Shown one piece after another: positions 59,311 through 64,000 of a stretch of 64,000 bases of DNA (position 1 is the first letter of the stretch; each line of letters opens with the position of its first letter). Made by a program: the position numbers and the translations under genes. The notes beneath the pieces were generated by a model. The model worked only from the letters and a program-made list of their open reading frames with translations. It was not told the DNA's origin and did no database searches. The DNA is from Candidatus Woesearchaeota archaeon (GTDB taxonomy: Archaea > Nanobdellota > Nanobdellia > Woesearchaeales > UBA10216): contig JACPTG010000001.1 in the NCBI GenBank assembly GCA_016192905.1, positions 101,005 to 165,004 of the forward strand, given 5' to 3'.

Positions 59311-59719
59311 ATTGATAATAAGAATCAATTAGGTTTATAAATATTGCGCGCCTCCTTAAGAGGGCATGAGAGCAGGCAATTTAATGCGGGTGATTTGCCA
59401 ACTTGCACTGCATCTAAGCCCTGATTTTTGATTTGATGTGCAAGCAGTGTTTAATTTGAAAAGCTTGGCCTTTCCAACAACCCTTGATTATTCTAACCGA
59501 GGGTGAATCTCCAAAGTATCCTACAAAAGTCATTAATGAACTGGCCGGGAAGGAATGGATTCTGACAACCCATTATGGGCTCGAACTTTCATTAAACATC
59601 AAAAAGAAGAAAGAAATAGAAGAGTTCATTGAATCCGCCTTCACTCAGGCTGCGCCAAGCCGTTTTCTTTATGATAAAAAAAGAATAAATTTAAATAGCC
59701 GGTATACTAACAGTATACT

Positions 59720-59938
59720 ATGACTGTAACGACTGTTAAAATAAGGAATGAAACAAAGACCTCTCTGGATGAAATTAAATCAGACAGGGAGACCTATGAT
59801 GAAGTTATCGCAAAGCTTGTTTCCAGTGCAAAAAAGAAAAACCTCAAGGATGAGCTTATTGCAGGTTACAAGGCAATAGGCAAGGACGAGCTTGAAACAT
59901 TAAAGGACTGGGACTCGGCTTCTGCTGATTCAGACTGA
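59720..59938 (+). CDS. antitoxin
   Basis: TTVKI..ETYDEVI; overlaps mazF start. Confidence 0.8.
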   Translation: MTVTTVKIRNETKTSLDEIKSDRETYDEVIAKLVSSAKKKNLKDELIAGYKAIGKDELETLKDWDSASADSD

Positions 59939-60279
59939 TGCGTGAAATAAAAAGGGGAGATATTTGGCTTGTTAATCTTGACCCAACCATAGGCCATGAA
60001 ATAAAAAAAGTCCGGCCTGGATTGATAATACAAAATGACATAGGGAACAAATACAGTCCAATCACCATTGTCGCTCCGATAACCTCCCAAAAAACAGAAA
60101 AAATTTTTCCCTTTGAAGTATTGCTGCCTAAAGGAACAGGCCTGGACAAGATTTCAAAAATTCTGCTAAATCAAATAAGGGCGATTGACAAAGTCAGGCT
60201 AACAAGGAAAATTGGCAGGCTGGATGAGGATACAGTTCGGAAAGTCGATGAAGCATTAAGAATAAGCTTGGGGCTATAA
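59938..60279 (+). CDS. mazF: MazF/PemK endoribonuclease toxin
   Basis: RGDIWLVNLDP..GHE..K.RP, APITS, QIRAIDK.RL. Confidence 0.96.
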   Translation: MREIKRGDIWLVNLDPTIGHEIKKVRPGLIIQNDIGNKYSPITIVAPITSQKTEKIFPFEVLLPKGTGLDKISKILLNQIRAIDKVRLTRKIGRLDEDTVRKVDEALRISLGL

Positions 60280-60357
60280 GGATGGAATAATGAACCCGAT
60301 GAAAATGGCGTCATTGGCATTCTGGAACATTTTGGCCTGGCTTAATGTCTTGCTAAA

Positions 60358-63126
60358 TCACCTTTTCCTGACCAAGAGTGCCAGCACAATCAGGCCGGCG
60401 GCAGCGAGACCAATAACCAGAGCCGGGAGTTCAGCTTTCTTCTGTTCCTCAAGCTCATAATACTCCACTGTAACAGGTATCTGCCTCTCATACACCAGCC
60501 TGCCTGCTGAATATGCATAAGCAGTGAGGTTCCCTGTGGCCTGCATTAGCCTTGGCTGGCTGGACTTAACTGCGAATCCTCCCGGAGACTCTGCCCTGCC
60601 AGGATTGGCCGGCATTGGAGTGATCAGCAAAGTTGATGGCAGGGATGAGCCGTACCTTAACTCAATTTTCCCGCTGAGCTTCGCTGCTACAACAAACCTG
60701 AATTCATGCACATCGCATTGTGGAACCGACGCAATGGTTGCCTGAAAGCTGGACTGGTCTGCAATGTAGATTTGGTCAGGAAGGCCAGTAAGCTGAATAT
60801 CAGTGCAATTTTGCCGCTCGGTCTTGCCGGGTTTTTTCTGCGGTGAAGGCTGCCGCGCCTCCTGTGGTGCCTGCTGCCTGCTGGCCTGCCTTGGTGGCGT
60901 TCCGCCTGTGGATGTGCTTCCTGCTGAGCCGCCTGAAGAGGAGCCTGCGCTGGATGAGGGAGCGGCAATTGCGGTCTGCCCAGCCTGCCTTTGCTGGCCG
61001 AATGCGCCAAAGAGGCTAAGGTGAGTTACGTTAGCCGTGACCCTGTTTGCCGTTGTGTTTACTGTTGAGTTTTCCGCCTGCCAATTTGCGGATGTCTCGT
61101 TGTAGTAATATACTTTTATCGTTGACTCATCAATAGCCGCATGCTCATCATAGGCTATTGTAATCTGTGCGGAAGACACATTTGCGGGCTCTGAATGGCT
61201 TATTTCAACAAATTTTTCCATCGGCATGGCTTCAGGGCTTATGTTGACCGGGCTCTCATTGTACTCTGCCATATAGACCTGCCGGGTGATGTTATCCGAG
61301 TATTTTATCCTCGCCGTGGTGTTTGATGAGGTGAGTGTTGCCTGGCCTGTTGCGTTTTCTGTTTTAACCTCAGCCACTTTGGAGATTGCCACGGCTCCGA
61401 GGGTGTTGTTCTCGCTGCCGATGTGCAATTTTGCTATGAACAGCCCTGCGAGTCTGCTTAAGTTGAAGGTATAGCTGAATGTTCCATTTACGTTTTGCCC
61501 CGCCTCATTCGAAGCAACCTGCCCTTCCCTATAAAGCGTCACGCTCGTGTTAACTTCGGTTTCATTGATTATCCTGGCCGTCACTGTCAGGGTTCCTGTG
61601 GCTGCCTCTGGCATGTTATAGCCTGCGAGCCGGGGCTGGCTGCTGCACGACTGTTGGAATTCTGAGCCGTTGCCGCTGTAAGTGTCGGACAGAAGCAGGC
61701 TCTTGCCATAGCAACTGTTAATGTCAGTTATGTTTGTGCATTGCCTGAAGCCGCCTGCGCAGCTACCGTAAGACTGGCAGGCCCAGGATGGAGTGCAGAA
61801 GTCGCATAGGTAGCTTTTGTTTGACGGATGGCTGTTGTCTGACTGCAGGCCTGTTTTATTGTAGCATAAGCTGGAGTCCATGTAGTATGAGATGATTGTG
61901 TCATTAACAAGGCAACTGCCATTGAATTCAGTCCAAAGCGGAGTGCAGAAGTCACAGCCAAAGGTCGTATTTGCGGGCGGCCTGTCAGACTCAAGAAGCG
62001 TCTGGCCATAACAGCTGTTTAAATCCTCAGCCCACATGACAAGCGTGTCATTCCTTAGGCAGCTGGTGTTGCGAAGCAGCAGATTTGGCGTGCAATAGTC
62101 GCATGCGCCGTAAGTGCCGTTGTCGGCGGGGATTCCATCGCTTGTGCCGCAGGTGTTTGCATCTGCGTATATCTTTTGCCTGCTGTCGTTTGGAAGACAC
62201 TGGCCGTAGGCTGCCTGCCACGACTCAGTGCAGTTTGCCCTGGAATAGTTTGCCGCGATTGCCATAAGCACAGGCGTTTCCAGGCCGCTGCCCTTAAGAA
62301 TGGCCTTGAACATGATTTTTCCTGCGGCTGCTGCTGACAAATCCTGATTTGCCAGAGACCATGTGCTGCCTGAATCAGTGGAATAATAGTATTCAACAAC
62401 CTGCCCATTCAGCACTGCTGATGCGCTGAAATCGCCCCACTTGTCCATGGAGGAGGGCGTGAAGTCTGCGGTCTGTATTTCACCGGCAGCAGCGTATGAA
62501 TTGCCGTACACATAAAATGCATACTGGTCTGTGTAATTTGCCTCAACATAGTCAACTTTCACTGTGCTGTCTGAGTCAATGGTTATGCCTGCCGTTTGGT
62601 ATGGAAGCCCTGCCAGGGTGATTGTGTACCATCCCTTGTCTTTTGAATGGCTTACCTCGCCGTAGCCAGGGCTTGCGCAGCTTGAGGAAAGGCAGATTCT
62701 CAGCTTGTCAGCCTTGCTTGGATCCATGTAGATACTGATGTTGTCGCCGTTGCCCAGGGCATGGCTGAAGGTGATGTTCAGTGCCTTATTCTTGCTTAGG
62801 GAGGCGTGGGAATTGTCAACAGCCGCTATCCTGGCCAGTGCATCCTCTGTTTCATTTTCATCATCAACAAGCAGGGCATTTATTGCCTCGCTTTGGTTTG
62901 TTGTGCTGCCGTACTGGATGCTGGTTAGCGTAACAACAGCCAGCCTGACTCCACCGCTGATGTTAATTGATGAATTGTACTGGTACCCGCCTGGAGTGCT
63001 GAAGTCCCACAGGCTTTGCCGCTGCTCGTATGTTACATGGCCAGTTACCCCCTGGTTTGGCCCGAAAGTGGCCAGCAGCACTGCACCAATCGCTGCAACA
63101 AGAAGGAGCACCCAACCTTTTTCCAT
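60358..63126 (-). CDS. large membrane-anchored surface glycoprotein
   Basis: N- and C-terminal TM helices, many NxS/T sites, CD(F/Y)CTP repeats, HLSLFG motif, Ser/Gly linker. Confidence 0.8.
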   Translation of the reverse strand: MEKGWVLLLVAAIGAVLLATFGPNQGVTGHVTYEQRQSLWDFSTPGGYQYNSSINISGGVRLAVVTLTSIQYGSTTNQSEAINALLVDDENETEDALARIAAVDNSHASLSKNKALNITFSHALGNGDNISIYMDPSKADKLRICLSSSCASPGYGEVSHSKDKGWYTITLAGLPYQTAGITIDSDSTVKVDYVEANYTDQYAFYVYGNSYAAAGEIQTADFTPSSMDKWGDFSASAVLNGQVVEYYYSTDSGSTWSLANQDLSAAAAGKIMFKAILKGSGLETPVLMAIAANYSRANCTESWQAAYGQCLPNDSRQKIYADANTCGTSDGIPADNGTYGACDYCTPNLLLRNTSCLRNDTLVMWAEDLNSCYGQTLLESDRPPANTTFGCDFCTPLWTEFNGSCLVNDTIISYYMDSSLCYNKTGLQSDNSHPSNKSYLCDFCTPSWACQSYGSCAGGFRQCTNITDINSCYGKSLLLSDTYSGNGSEFQQSCSSQPRLAGYNMPEAATGTLTVTARIINETEVNTSVTLYREGQVASNEAGQNVNGTFSYTFNLSRLAGLFIAKLHIGSENNTLGAVAISKVAEVKTENATGQATLTSSNTTARIKYSDNITRQVYMAEYNESPVNISPEAMPMEKFVEISHSEPANVSSAQITIAYDEHAAIDESTIKVYYYNETSANWQAENSTVNTTANRVTANVTHLSLFGAFGQQRQAGQTAIAAPSSSAGSSSGGSAGSTSTGGTPPRQASRQQAPQEARQPSPQKKPGKTERQNCTDIQLTGLPDQIYIADQSSFQATIASVPQCDVHEFRFVVAAKLSGKIELRYGSSLPSTLLITPMPANPGRAESPGGFAVKSSQPRLMQATGNLTAYAYSAGRLVYERQIPVTVEYYELEEQKKAELPALVIGLAAAGLIVLALLVRKR

Positions 63127-63191
63127 GATTAATCCTGCCGCAGCCGAATATATAAAATTGACGACTTTTGGTTTAACTTATACACGCCATT

Positions 63192-63301
63192 AAAGCTATT
63201 AGGCAGCAGGCTGTGGCTTCTGTTTTAGGCAGCCCCTGCAGGGAGTTTGCCAAGGTGTACTGCTTAGTCATTCACGGCTTTGCAATGTTCACTGCCCTTT
63301 T
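63192..63301 (+). repeat. dispersed structured intergenic element, copy C
   Basis: Homologous to copies A and B; GGCAG/CTGCC closing stem followed by a T tract. Confidence 0.7.
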
Positions 63302-63340
63302 ACGCAAAATTTAATATGCGGGCCTGGATGCCTTTCGGAA

Positions 63341-64000
63341 ATGGACTTTTCACCTGGAATGATTCAAGACAACGTTGCCCGTATTCTGGCAGAGCCCGCG
63401 GCCTTTGGCATGGAGAGGCACGCCCACCATATCTACCTTGACAGGGTTGCCGAGGCACGCTTTCATCTCGCCAGGGGCTTCCAGATTATCAATGACGAGC
63501 TGCGGCTGAACCCCAAGCATTCTGCCGCCACCTTCCGAATGCCATGCATGGTTACAGCGCTCGCCCACAGCGGATGCGTTGACCGGGTCCAGGATGAGGC
63601 TCATTTTACCTACCTGAACGATATCGGAAGGAGATTTGGAATGATGTCTGAGGTTGGCCTGCCGAGGGTTGAGCGCCACTTTCCGGCAGGCGGCGGAGTC
63701 ATTGACGCCCGGACAATAGCGCATGTTACCATAGGCCATGCAGTGGACGAGGCCATCAGGTCAGCACTTTATGCCGGAAACCCGTGCTCGGGGATTTTAT
63801 ACAGCTTTGACATCCAGACGCATGTGGGCCGCCTGGACTCAGACAAGGCGACCTCATTCGGGATGACCAGGGAATCGGCATACCGCGGCCAAAGGGCTGC
63901 ATGCGGCGCAGTCATGGCGGCGCTTAACCATGCTGACCTGTCCAATGCAGACCACAGCCGCATCTTGTCAAGCCTGGGCGAGGAAAATGTCAGGACTCTA
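63341..64000 (+). CDS. LCIB-like beta-carbonic anhydrase (runs off window end)
   Basis: Hand translation: GCVDR, THVG, distal AACGAVMAAL. Confidence 0.5.
   Translation, partial: MDFSPGMIQDNVARILAEPAAFGMERHAHHIYLDRVAEARFHLARGFQIINDELRLNPKHSAATFRMPCMVTALAHSGCVDRVQDEAHFTYLNDIGRRFGMMSEVGLPRVERHFPAGGGVIDARTIAHVTIGHAVDEAIRSALYAGNPCSGILYSFDIQTHVGRLDSDKATSFGMTRESAYRGQRAACGAVMAALNHADLSNADHSRILSSLGEENVRTL

Noticed and set aside
1..64000. CRISPR array, rRNA, IS transposase, reverse transcriptase/DGR
   Set aside because: No regularly spaced repeats or diagnostic motifs seen

Overview
A 64-kb window from a small-genome archaeon, most likely DPANN/Woesearchaeota-like. This is an inference from the archaeal ribosomal proteins S24e, S27ae, S8e and L37e, RpoE'/Spt4, SmAP, SRP54, XPD, KRGQ class III signal peptides, TATA promoters and BHB tRNA introns. 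It carries housekeeping genes (pyk, pepA, hisG, hisI, hisS, map, tmk, a ThyA fusion, dCMP deaminase, aldolase, glpX), seven tRNA genes (five with introns, two of them at non-canonical positions), many toxin-antitoxin modules and deletion remnants, and a CbbQ/NorQ ATPase with a split VWA partner. Two tandem islands are integrated at tRNA-Ser(CGA) (47192-56785 and 56786-58930). The most notable observations are: (1) a tRNA with a serine-type body but a CCU (Arg) anticodon and a T-loop intron; (2) a dispersed family of 3-4 homologous ~110-nt structured intergenic elements that I cannot assign to a known RNA family; (3) a Tat-signal SleB-like peptidoglycan hydrolase; (4) a separately promoted hairpin RNA upstream of an NYN nuclease. 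All calls come from reading the sequence by eye; no searches were run.
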